DNA of 64,000 nt from Saccostrea echinata (lineage: Eukaryota). The position numbers and the translations under genes were made by a program. The stretch covers positions 15,934,001-15,998,000 of the forward strand of contig NW_026889763.1 in NCBI RefSeq assembly GCF_033153115.1. Direction: 5' to 3'. How positions within the stretch are numbered: the stretch's first letter is position 1; each line of letters opens with the position of its first letter. Shown in pieces: positions 13,013 through 24,253 of the stretch. The notes beneath the pieces were generated by a model. The model saw only the letters and a program-made list of their open reading frames with translations, did no database searches and was not told the DNA's origin.

Positions 13013-13106
13013 ACCAGTCTGATTCAACGTTTATCTGGTCAGAGTGGCAGCCCAGATGGACAGTCCACCAACGCACCACCCCCACAATCACCACCCCCTG
13101 CTGCAG
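13013..13106 (+). CDS. NDUFV3: NDUFV3 exon 2
   Basis: TTTCAG acceptor; TSLIQRLSGQSGSPDGQSTNAPPPQSPPPAA+G; GTAAG donor in phase 1. Confidence 0.8.
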
Positions 13107-13889
13107 GTAAGAATTTATGCAGTTACAAAGTAACTTGTTCTTAATCTTTTGTTAACATAGATTGTATATAGGTGTAAATACTTATAAATGAATTAATACA
13201 AATTTCAATTCTATAACCACTGTATCGGTAGTTTGGCATTTAGTGATGTAGGAAAAGTCAGATGTGAACCAACTTTTATACGCTTTTGAAAAATAACTGC
13301 AATTTCCGCGAACAACAACTCATGCGGATATTTATGGTCGCAAAACAGTAAGAAACAGGAAACCTTCAATCATCTTAAACATTATATGCTGCGGAGAGGT
13401 TATCAATGTCGATTCGCTACATTTTGTTGAGGGTAACATTGAAAATGTTCACCCCAAGAAAACCACTGTCAACCGAGGCACAGCATTTTCCCTAAATCAG
13501 GGGTGAAATTTTTCAATGTTAGGTTCAACTATATACAATACGAGAAATATTATAAATTTATTGGTCATTAATTCCCGACAGTCAACCTTTTTTTGCAATA
13601 TCGTCAAGTTATGATATGTTCTATCGCACTGGTGGGGGTGATTTCATCATTCAGAGCGTAAAGGTGTTATAAGTGTCCTCGACGAATCTTCAACTAATGT
13701 AATTTAAAGTATAATATTTTAAAAATATTACAAATAACTATTAGTTTACAGTAATTTTTCACAAGACTGAAGTTGTTTAAGTTACAACTGCTGTAATTTA
13801 ATCGTTTGTAGGTAACATCTTAAAAATCATAGCTATGGATATACCGAAAATCAACATGAAATTATTAGTTTATTTTTTGGTTTTAACAG

Positions 13890-14041
13890 AACCCAAGGCT
13901 GATTCAGACAACACCACATATAAAGTAAAAGAATATTACGGATACAATGCCTATTCATTTTACGACATTGACAAGGATATGTCGAAATTCAGGAACCCAC
14001 AGCCGTCAAAATACGCCTCACCGGAGCCTGCTAAACAATAG
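13890..14041 (+). CDS. NDUFV3: NDUFV3 exon 3 (conserved C-terminal domain)
   Basis: EPKADSDNTTYKVKEYYGYNAYSFYDIDKDMSKFRNPQPSK matches the NDUFV3 signature (DNTTYK...Y..Y.F.D....SKFR.PQPS). AATAAA at about 14108. Confidence 0.9.
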
Positions 14042-14418
14042 ACTAACAAGTATAGGATGGTGGAAAATCGGTTTTTTAGTTATGATTGTATGTTATGAAG
14101 ATTTGAAAATAAATTAATTCAAACTCAACCAGTTTGCTTATTAATCATTTCTTAATTGGTAGATTAAATTGATTATCTCAATCAAGAATTTTAGTTATGG
14201 TGAAGTACATGGGACCAAACGACTGATTAATACTGTAAATAGCTTATTTTGGCTTTTGGTTATTTTCGAGTTTTCTAAACAGTATCCATTTACACTCTGT
14301 TGTCGATTCAGATGGCCACTTCCTTTTACTAGTTTACAAAGTTTAATTCATTGTACACACTTAGCAGTTTCTACATCCGCAAAAATAGCATTTGCTATTG
14401 GTATCTGTAATAGTATTA

Positions 14419-14484
14419 CAGAGGGGAATTCGAAAAACTATAGCTAAATTTTAATTTAGCTATAGTTTTTCGAATATCCCTCTG
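14419..14484. repeat. ~66-bp palindrome
   Basis: CAGAGGGGAATTCGAAAAACTATAGCTAAAT...ATTTAGCTATAGTTTTTCGAATATCCCTCTG. Confidence 0.85.
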
Positions 14485-15309
14485 AATCTTTCCGCTTTTC
14501 CACCATATTTGCACATAATACATTCAGAACTAAGTGTGGTTTCCAATACATTCTAGGTAGGTTCTGCACCAGAAAAAAATATTGACTCAAACTCACTGAC
14601 TATTAATGAATCAGTGCAAGAGAATGTCCCAGTTTTTTAATCTGCACAAAGATGAAAATAACGAGAGAACGACTTTTTTATCCCTATATCAGTATCCCAA
14701 TGTTTTAAAATTACTTCAGCTCATTTCTCATCAGTTTCAGGGAACTTTTTCCCTACTCTCCATATTTTGTTAGTAGATTAAAAAAAACAACAACAACACA
14801 TAATTGTGTTCCTGCATATTGGCAGTGGAATTTAAACGGTAGCAAGATTTTTTTTGTAAATAAAAAAGATGTCATCCCCTTCCCAAATTGTAGCCGTTAC
14901 TCCCTGAAGAACCCAACCAAAAGTGTCTAATCTGTTCCATCCTCTCAAACAGGCCGAAGCTCTCTCCTGATAAATTGCTGTACGGACAAAAAAGATATGT
15001 GTGTATAGGACCCAAGACCTCAAAGTGTGCAATACAAGGTATAAAAGTGAAAGGTAAGCATAAAATAAATTGATGGAATCCCGGGTTAAACATTGCTCAT
15101 TTGAGAAAAAAAATGTGTCTTAGTATGAAATAATACACAATTTTTTTTTTACTTTCATGTGAAATGAATTCATTGGAACTCTGCGTAGGTGTCACTATAC
15201 CAACATTTTATCATGCAGGGTTTCATTAAATGAGAAAATGATATCAAGTAAAATAACCCTAAAATGACCTTGACATACATTCCAAGACGATAAAATCATG
15301 CACTTTCTT

Positions 15310-16114
15310 AAACTTTCATATTTGATAAAATTCAGGAACCCCACTTCATGCATTGAGGAGCATTTCTTACTAGATAAGACTTAAAATTTTCATATTTAAT
15401 AAAATTCAGGAACTCTACTTCGTGCATTGAGGAGCATATCTTATTAGATAAGATTTAAATTTTCATATTTGATAAAATTCAGGAACTTCACTTCGTGCAT
15501 TGAGGAGCATTTCTTACTAGATAAGATTTAAATTTTCATATTTGATAAAATTCAGGAACTCCACTTCATGCATTGAGGAGCATTTCTTACTAGATAAGAT
15601 TTAAAATTTTCATATTTGATAAAATTCAGGAACTCCACTTCGTGCATTGAGGAGCATTTCTTACTAGATAAGACTTAAAATTTTCATATTTAATAAAATT
15701 CAGGAACTCCACTTCGTGCATTGAGGAGCATTTCTTATTAGATAAGATTTAAATTTTCATATTTGATAAAATTCAGGAACTTCACTTCGTGCATTGAGGA
15801 GCATTTCTTACTAGATAAGATTTAAATTTTCATATTTGATAAAATTCAGGAACTCCACTTCATGCATTGAGGAGCATTTCTTACTAGATGAGACTTAAAA
15901 TTTTCATATTTGATAAAATTCAGGAACTCCACTTCATGCATTGAGGAGCATTTCTTACTAGATAAGATTTAAAATTTTCATATTTGATAAAATTCAGGAA
16001 CTCCACTTCGTGCATTGAGGAGCATTTCTTACTAAATAAGACTTAAAATTTTCATATTTGATAAAATCCAGGAACTCCACTTCGTTCATTGAGGAACATT
16101 TCTTACAGATAAGA
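15310..16114. repeat. 74-75-bp minisatellite, ~11 copies
   Basis: Unit AAATTTTCATATTTGATAAAATTCAGGAACTCCACTTCGTGCATTGAGGAGCATTTCTTACTAGATAAGATTTA. Confidence 0.95.
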
Positions 16115-16261
16115 CCGCATCCTTTATAAGGAGTTCCTCTTTCCTGATATTTTAGTCATAAAAACATAGAGGCAATCTGGGAAAATCTAGCCTGAAACTG
16201 TTTCTACAAAACACTGTAAACAAACTGTATTTTAATACGTACTGGTATTAGTCGACTTGTT

Positions 16262-17075
16262 TTAATATTCCTATGAAGCAGAATTTATTCAAAAACTTCT
16301 ACATGAGAAGAAAACACTTGTGGTGGCCTTCAACTCGACATATAGGCCTTCAACTCGACATTTAAATATATTGAAGATGTATTATCAATTAACAATGATA
16401 ACTTCCATTCATATGTCGACTCGATATCCCAGAGAACTTGAAATAAAATACACCATATAATCTGTCACATCTGTTTCATATTTGGATGTTTTACTGATTA
16501 TAAACGATAAGGACCCACTAACAGCTAAATTGTATGATAAACGAAATGACTTCAGCTTCTCCAACGTCAAATTACCTTATTTATGTAGTAATATCCCGCT
16601 ATCACCTGCATATGGTGTTTTTATCTTCAACTTATTCGATACTCAAGAACATGCTCCGAGTACGATCAATTTTTAAACCAAGGCAAGCTACTGACAGATA
16701 AGTTGATGTTACAGGGACTTCAACAACCTCGTTTAAAATCCCTAAAATTTCCTAAATTCTATGGTCGTTATAATGACCTTATTAACAAATATAACCTATC
16801 GTTGCGTCGTATTTTAGCTGACTTGTTTCATACCAATTGTTAGGCCTTTGTTTTTATACTTAATTTGACTACGGAATGTTCCGTCCTACCTGATCAATAT
16901 ATATAGGGCTCACGACGGGTGTGACCGATCAACAGGGGATCCTTTCTCCTTCTAGACACCCGATCCGACCTCTGGGATTTCCAGGGGTCCGTGTTTTATG
17001 CCCTCTTTACAGATTTGTATGGTTTATAGATTTTTTTTTTGATTGATCACTGTTCGTAATCTTCACCTTTTTCAT
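16262..17075 (+). mobile_element. Degenerate Penelope-like retroelement fragment (RT C-terminal half + 3' UTR)
   Basis: Frameshifted YSYEAEFIQKLL...AFNSTFKYIEDVLSINN (YIDD-like), LYDKRNDFSF...PYLCSNIPLSPAYGVF...QLIRY, KFYGRYNDL, followed by a conserved 3' motif at about 16905-17000. Confidence 0.8.
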
Positions 17076-17176
17076 ACATGTTCATTTCATCCACACAGCA
17101 ATAAAATATTGTCAATCAATGACACAAGGTATGTCAAAATTGAAATATAACACAGTTCTATATTGCAACCAATTTT

Positions 17177-17577
17177 TTACTCCAGCGGTTTCCCTCTCTT
17201 CGAGACTCCCTTTGATACTTTTCTTTTTGTAGCGACTTTGTCTATTTGTTCTGTGTTTTTAAGTCCTGTGTACAAAGATGTGTCGGGCTCGCTTGTTTTC
17301 CTCAAAGATTCGTACATATTTGTGTCCTTATCATCGTTATATGAAGGCTTCAGCGCCAGACTCTCATATTCATTCCCAACAACATGAGATTCAGCCGCCG
17401 TATTTATGACGGCAACATTGCCATAAAGTGCTACGCCGGATTCTTTTCGGATGTTATTATCGTAAATGTTGACGTCAGATTGATTTCCGTTATTCCCAAA
17501 GGCATTTTCGTACAGAGGGTCCTCCGTTACGCTAGGAGTGTAGGTCTGATTTGTGGTGGAAATGCCGTTAGATTCTG
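17177..17577 (-). CDS. Draper/MEGF10-like receptor, last exon (cytoplasmic tail)
   Basis: CAG acceptor in phase 1. The tail contains LYEN, IYDN, LYGN, YESL, YESL and SLYTGL; stop at 17177. Confidence 0.8.
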
Positions 17578-17865
17578 CTGCAATCATAAAGTACAAACAT
17601 TCATTATCAATACTGCATTCCAGGATTTCTTTATGGAACTGAATTTTCCTTACATAATATTTTGAAAATAATGACAGAAATATAAATTAGCTAGACATCA
17701 TCAATTTTTCGCGTTACTGAATTCAGTAGTAAATATTTACGTGCAGTCTAACTTTTAAACTCAATATAAGTAGTCTATGAACAAGCTTATTTAGAGAATT
17801 TGTGTTCCCCGATTAAGATAAAAAGAAGAGGGTGGAATATAAGGAAAATATGCAGATAGAGAAAG

Positions 17866-18738
17866 AACTAGAAATATCTCCATAGGACATGAATGCACCG
17901 TCGAGGGTATATTAGTACAGTTTCATGAGAGTATCTTGAAAAGTTTCTTTAAAATTGAAATTGAAAAAAAAAATGGATATAGATGATAAATTCTCATCAA
18001 ATTATGTATATAATACATAATGTGCATAAGCTTACTTAAAAATATCTTAAATGCTTTCTTTAAAACTAAGCAAAATGAAAAATTAAAAAAAGCGAGGTCA
18101 AAGTCAAAGGAAAGTTCAGGGTCAAAAGTTTTTGATGCAGTTGAATAGCTCTCACTTATACGTATCAGCATATTAAGTTTAATGAAAATATAATTAATTC
18201 AAAACTGAGCTTAAAACTAGTTTAAGAAAAGTTAAGTCAAAGGAAAGGTTAGAGTCAAAAAACAATGCAGTTGAAAAGCTTACATCAGTATGTATTCGTA
18301 TATGAAGTTTGATAGAAATATCTTGAATGGTTCTTAAAATTGAGCTAAACACAATTTCAAAAAAAAGAAGTGAGGTCAAGGTCAAAGGAAAGGTCAATGT
18401 AAAAAAAATGTTGATGCATTTGAATAGCGTACATGAGTGTGTATCATCATATGAAGCTTGTTTACACTATCTTGAATGATTTCTTTAAAACTGAGCTAAA
18501 CATTAATTCAAGAAAAGTGAGGTCAAGGTCAAAGGAAAAGTCAAGGTCAAAAAATGTTGATACAGTTGAATAGCAACCATCATTATCTATGAGCATATGA
18601 AGTTTGATAAAAAAATATTTTGAACAGATTCTTTGAAACTGAGCTAAACGTAAAGCGCGACGGAAGGAAGGATTGAAGGACGAAAGACGGACATGACAAA
18701 CTATATATTCCCCAGCCATATTCATGGTGGGGCATAAA
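17866..18738 (-). mobile_element. Helentron-associated interspersed element (HINE-like) with ~140-bp internal repeats
   Basis: Repeated GAGGTCAAGGTCAAAGGAAAG monomers, a GGAC/GGAA microsatellite, and the terminal hairpin CCCCCAGCCAT...ATGGTGGGG followed by CATAAA. Confidence 0.7.
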
Positions 18739-19104
18739 GAAAGGTCAACCTTGACCTTTCAGCTTTTACCCTTAAAGTCAATAAGGGTCTTTTTTAAGTA
18801 AAAGGAATTCATGACCTCAATACAAAATCTTACAAAGAACTAAAGTTATCACCTGAAACACATGCAATATAAAATTTGTGACCTTAGTCTTTGACCTTTT
18901 TACCCTCAAAATCAATAGGGGTCATTTTTTAAAAGTCATATTTACTGAAGGTTTAAAATTTCATTGCAAAGCTTCAATAAAGAACTTAAGTATTCACCAG
19001 GAAACCATTTAAAGCCAGATATAATTTTTTTTTTATTAATAAGTTATTGGGAGTTGCGATATAAAAGTTCATAGAAAAAAACTAAAGTTGTCATCTGGAA
19101 ACCA

Positions 19105-21432
19105 TTTTTAGCTCTACTGGTCAGAGACCAGAAGAGCTTATGCGATAGTAAGGTGTCCGTCATCCGTCCATCTGTCTGTCTGTCCGTCGTCTGTCTAGCT
19201 GTCTGTCTGTAAACAATTTTTCAAAATGCTACTCCGCATACAGTTTTGGTCTGATTTCAATATAACTTGGCACACAAGTAGACTACACTATGATACATAC
19301 AGTTGTAATTTAGTGCATCGGTTTTTGATTTCGATGTACGGTGTTGCCATGATTACTAAAGATAGAAATTTCTGTGAAATTCCTTTAAAACGCTACTCCT
19401 CCTACAGTTTTGTTCTGATTTCAATATAACTTGGCACACAAGCAGACTAAACTAAGATACATAATTTAGTGCATCGGTTTTTGATTTCGATGAACAGTGT
19501 TGCCATGGTTACTAATAATAAAAATTTCTTTGAAATTCCTGTAAGAGGCTACCCCTCCTACAATTTTGATCTGATTTCAATATAACTTGGCACACAAGTA
19601 GACTACACTAAGATAAATAATTTTGTGCATCAGTTTTTGATTTTCGATGAACGGTGTTGCCATGGTTACTAAAAATAGAAATTTCTGTGAAATTCCTTTA
19701 AAACGCTACTCCTCCTACAGTTGTCGTCTAATTTTAATCTAACTTGGCACACAAGTGGACTTCACTTTGATACATAATTTAGTGCATCGTTTTTTCATTT
19801 CGATGAACGGTGTTGCCATGGTTACTAAAAATAGAAATGTCTGTGAAATTCCTTAAAAACACTTCTCCTCTTACAGTTTTGGTCTGATTTTAATATAACT
19901 TGGCATGCAAGTAGACTACACACACTAAGATATGTAATTTAGTGCATCAGTTTTTGATTTCGATGAACGGTGTTGCCATGATTACCAAAAATAGAAATTA
20001 CTGTGAAATTGCTTTAAAACGCTACTCCTGCTACAATTTTGGTCTGCTTTTAATATAATTTGGCATACAAGAAGACTATACTAAGATACATAATTTAATG
20101 CATCGGTTTTTTCTTTCAATGAACAATGTTGCCATGGTTACTAAAAATAGAAATTTCTGTGAAATCCCTTTAAAACGTTACTCCTCCTACAGTTTTGGTC
20201 TGATTTCAATCTAATTTGGCACACATTTAGAATACACTACGATACATAATATGTATTTCGGTTTTTGATTTCAGTGAATGGTGTTGTCATGGTTACTAAA
20301 ATAGAAATTTCGGTGAAATACTTTCAAAACACTACTCCTCCTATAGCTTTCGTTTGATTTCAATATAACGTGGTACAGAAGTAGACTACATTAAGATTAG
20401 GGATGTCAATTTTACTCGGACAGCTTAGTCGAATAGTCGGAGGCTTTAGTCGAACGATAGTCGAGTACTCGTTGAAATTTGAATTAATTTTCATGTCATT
20501 TTTCCTAATTGTCTTTAACCCACTGCTAACATATACAATATTTAATCTACGCTATCACCATTATACAACAAATTATTGAATCGTTAACATTTATATAGTA
20601 ATAAATATATGTATCCAATGTATTTGACTTCAAATATAATATTTTTACTGCATATTTTATCAATATACAGAATATCAAATGCTCGCATTGATCCTTTCTT
20701 TTCATGATGCTAGTACATGTACCCGTTACTGATTTCTTACCTGAACCCATTTGGATTTGTCTTGTCAGTGACCCGTGATTGTTAAACAATTAAAGCGTAA
20801 CTCTTATAAAAACAAAGATAGCTTACGATGAATTTTATTATGAGATTCTTTTGCAAACAATCAATACAACTTTATAATTGATGATATTAATCACGCTCAT
20901 AACTCTTCCCCAATTTACATGTACATGTATTTACAAATATGTAATAGCTGTTTAATTATTCTTCATTAATTAATATGCATTATACGAGATCTTACAGAAT
21001 TGCAGGTTGAAACTTTACAATTTGGATCTGACATCTTTTAAAGTATGACAATGCATGTCTGCCGAACAAAAAAAAAATCCTTTGAAAAATTAGTGAAGAC
21101 CGGTTAAGCCTTTTCCTGGGTTTTACTCACGAGGACACTGAACACTGATACGTGTACGTTAATAAATCAACTGAGCAGATCCATTTTTTTTAAACCTCGA
21201 ATTTAAGTTTACTATTAAGTAGCAAATTTTTAACGAATAACCGTCTAAAAAAGTTTTAGTCGGTAGTCGGTATATGATCGAACGATAGTCGAGTACTCGA
21301 ATATTCGTTGACATCCCTAATTAAGATACATAATTCTATTTATTAATGCATGTTGCAAAGTTTCAAATCCAAGTGCTATTTTGTTATACGTACAGACCAG
21401 TAGAGCTACAGTCTCATCAGAGACTTCTGGTT
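19105..21432 (+). mobile_element. HINE-like element carrying a ~158-bp satellite array (~8 monomers)
   Basis: Subterminal IR AGCTCTACTGGTC / GACCAGTAGAGCT, a (GTCT/GTCC)n microsatellite, tandem monomers at 19225-20397, the 3' hairpin AGTCTC-ATCA-GAGACT, and T-rich flanks. Confidence 0.85.
20398..21319. mobile_element. hAT-type MITE (922 bp)
   Basis: TIR TAGGGATGTCAA / TTGACATCCCTA with an exact 8-bp TSD ATTAAGAT. A related end fragment lies at about 1010-1116. Confidence 0.9.
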
Positions 21433-21904
21433 GTTTTTGGGTTGTATGAATTTCTGACCTTGACCTATTGACTTAAAAAATCAGAAGGGTCTTTTTAAGT
21501 CACTAAAAGTTATGATATATATAGGGGGTTATAAAAATTCATCGCAAAATCTCAAAGGCTGTTTAAGATATCGTCCGGAAACGAAAGTGTTTCACACAGA
21601 CATAATGTATGAATTTCTGACTTTGACCTATGACCTTTTCACCTCAAAATGAAAAAGTTCATTCAGTAAAATTCAAAGAAAACTAAAATTATCATCAATG
21701 TTTTTGCAATATATGAATTTATGTCCTTGACCTTTGACTTTTTTTGACCTCAAATCAATAGGGATCTTTTTAAGCAATAGGGAGTAATTAAAATTTCATT
21801 GCAACAGCAAAGGCTTTTTGAGATATTGTTTGGAAACTGAAGTATTACATACAGACAGACAAACAGACAGATGGACAGACCCAAATATATATACAAAGAC
21901 ATAC

Positions 21905-21927
21905 CTTTGAGAATGTTCTTGACGAGT
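21905..21927 (-). CDS. Candidate 23-nt micro-exon of the Draper/MEGF10-like gene
   Basis: AG/GT bounded, encodes LVKNILK, and converts phase 2 to the phase 1 required by the last exon. Confidence 0.4.
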
Positions 21928-22039
21928 CTAAATAAATAAAAAAAAAATAGATACTGATTTTTAAGTCAATTTCTATATCTAGATATGTTTAACGTTGTAC
22001 TCATTAGCAAAATGCACCATTTAACATGATCTTTCATAC

Positions 22040-22096
22040 ACTCTGTCGATGCTTCTCGTTGAATAAATGTTACCATTCTGACTCAGAGAAACAATA
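22040..22096 (-). CDS. Candidate juxtamembrane exon of the Draper/MEGF10-like gene
   Basis: CAG/GTATG bounded, symmetric phase 2, encodes IVSLSQNGNIYSTRSIDR. Confidence 0.4.
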
Positions 22097-22486
22097 CTGC
22101 TTTAATAACTTGTTTCAAAATCGCAAAAAAGTCCCTTGATTGAGAGTACTTTTAAAAGCACCAAAGTAAAGGCTTTTGTTGCAAAATGGTAGAATATCGA
22201 TTTGCTGATTTTTTCATACATGTACTGATTCATTAATCTTAAATAACTTTTTTCATATTATTATTATTATCATTATCATTATTATTATTAATTTGCTTCT
22301 GACATCAAACATTAGAACATTAGAAGACATATTGAATCAACCGGAAGTCGCTGTATCCCATCTAAAGTCTTAAAATGTCGTGAGGTAATTTTCGAGACAT
22401 AAATGAGTTGTCTACAATGAAGAGACTTGACTAAAGACGTCTGGAACAATATAAGAAAAAAGTCTCCGGAAGCGAACTATGCCTCA

Positions 22487-22783
22487 TTAAAGTAGGTAAA
22501 TGATTAATAAATTAATAAAATATTGGCTTGAAGTGGGGGTGCCTGAAATTGAGTTAGGTACCTTGTGGTAAAAATAAGAAGGGGTTGCCCTGCATACGAA
22601 ACAATAAGTAGGGGTTGCCATACATACGAAAAAGTGCCTGTGATTTTCAGTGTAAAGAAAGTTTCTGAACACATTTTTACTAAAAATAGATCTGAAACGC
22701 TCTCGCAACACTCAAGCTAGTCAGGAAATTCTACTGAAAATTTTGAATGATATAAACTTCAAACTGTGCCTTTGCCCCTTTAA
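22487..22783. mobile_element. Possible Kolobok-type non-autonomous element
   Basis: TTAA-AG...CT-TTAA ends. The left end is repeated at about 28015-28150. Confidence 0.4.
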
Positions 22784-22956
22784 TGTAAGGCATGCTGATG
22801 TATGAATTTCGAAAATACTGATAAACTGAACTTTTGCAGGTCTATCTGCATGAGGAGAAAAAAGATAGTGGATTTTATTTATGTTTAACTATATGATGAT
22901 CTTGATATATAATACAGCTATAGGACTCGGCATTTAATGTGAATAACGCATTTTAC

Positions 22957-23083
22957 CTTTTCCTTTTAGACGTAATAACAAAAAGTACCACGCCTACTGC
23001 TGACGCAATCACAACTACCCCGACAACCAGCCCAATAACAATAGAAACCACCGGAGACGACGAAACTGGCTGTGGAACCACCA
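22957..23083 (-). CDS. Draper/MEGF10-like receptor, transmembrane exon
   Basis: VVPQPVSSSPVVSIVIGLVVGVVVIASAVGVVLFVITSKRK: a hydrophobic helix followed by a basic stop-transfer sequence. Confidence 0.9.
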
Positions 23084-23648
23084 CTTTAAAAATACAAGCA
23101 TAAACTATGTTTTATTTACATATACATGTATAACAAAATTTGACCTTTTAAATGCATCAAAATAAAAATGCGATTTACTTGCGTACTATCACTTATTTAA
23201 AATGTTTTATTTACAATGTATACGAAATCTCTGCATTTACACATACCTTCTACATACCCCTCAAAACAAAATTTGAAAGTTGAATAGATATTATAATGCA
23301 TTGGTTCTAGATCTTTGCTCGGATTTTTAAGCAGACTAAAGCTCTATTCTCCGAGAAAATTAGAACCGCCTTCAAATTTGCCTAGTCTGAGGGACCATCT
23401 GACAAATTCCTCACCTAATTTTATAATGGTTTTTACTTTTTCCATTAAAGCTCAATCCTTCTAAAAAGTAATTTTTCCAAAAAAAAGTCTTTGTTTCTTT
23501 CGAAATATTAATGCCAGATTGATGGAACAGACAGTAAGTCACTCAAATGGAAATATATCTTTAATTTTGTACATAAGGCCAATGTACTTTCTAAATGAAT
23601 GCTCAAATTCTATAGTGTAACAAGATTTTACAGAACAGCTAAACTAAC

Positions 23649-23786
23649 CTTCCACAGTGCAGTCATCCGACTCGTACCCACTTTTGCATGTGCACGCTCC
23701 TGATTTTTTGTCACAGTGAATGGTATTATTCATGTGACACTGACACTGCCCTAAACACTCTGATCCAAAGTGGTCATCATCACATT
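23649..23786 (-). CDS. Draper/MEGF10-like receptor, EGF exon 8
   Basis: ECDDDHFGSECLGQCQCHMNNTIHCDKKSGACTCKSGYESDDCTVE, phase 1-1. Confidence 0.9.
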
Positions 23787-23864
23787 CTGCACGAAAGTAT
23801 TAATATTCTAAGGTATTAACTTCAATAGCACATTACATCAACATAATATAAAATTTTATCCCAC

Positions 23865-23999
23865 CTGTGGAACAGTTTGTGCCTTTGTATCCGAGTTTAC
23901 AAATACACAGTCCGTCCGACTTCCGGCAGGTCCTAAACTGGTTCTCGTTACACCTGCACGTGCTCATACACTTATCCCCGAACGTTCCATCAGGGCACT
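23865..23999 (-). CDS. Draper/MEGF10-like receptor, EGF exon 7
   Basis: ECPDGTFGDKCMSTCRCNENQFRTCRKSDGLCICKLGYKGTNCST, phase 1-1. Confidence 0.9.
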
Positions 24000-24118
24000 C
24001 TGCAATGAAAATCCATTTAATTTCTTGCGGTTGATTTATTGGATATACCTGTTTATAGATATCGGGAAACAGTTTACCTTTTAACCTTATACTAGAAACC
24101 TGTAAAGTCAAGTCTTAC

Positions 24119-24253
24119 CCAACTGGCAGTTTTCTCCTGTAAAACCCGGCAGGCACGTGCACATTCCAGATTTAGGGTCACAACTCCGTGTATTTTCCGA
24201 CTTGCATGTGCAGTTGGAGGAACAATTTTGTCCATAGGTGTACCCGCTACAAT
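24119..24253 (-). CDS. Draper/MEGF10-like receptor, EGF exon 6
   Basis: DCSGYTYGQNCSSNCTCKSENTRSCDPKSGMCTCLPGFTGENCQL. Confidence 0.9.

Larger units (their letters stand above)
18745..21890 (-). mobile_element. HINE-like element (GACCTTGACCTT monomers) interrupted by a second HINE
   Basis: Monomers lie at 18745-19100 and resume at 21435-21850, ending in a (CAGA)n/GGAC microsatellite. Confidence 0.6.

Noticed and set aside
16915-16975. Hammerhead ribozyme or SECIS in the PLE 3' end
   Set aside because: There is no CUGANGA...GAAA core, and the spacing between the GUGA and AA is too short for a canonical SECIS.
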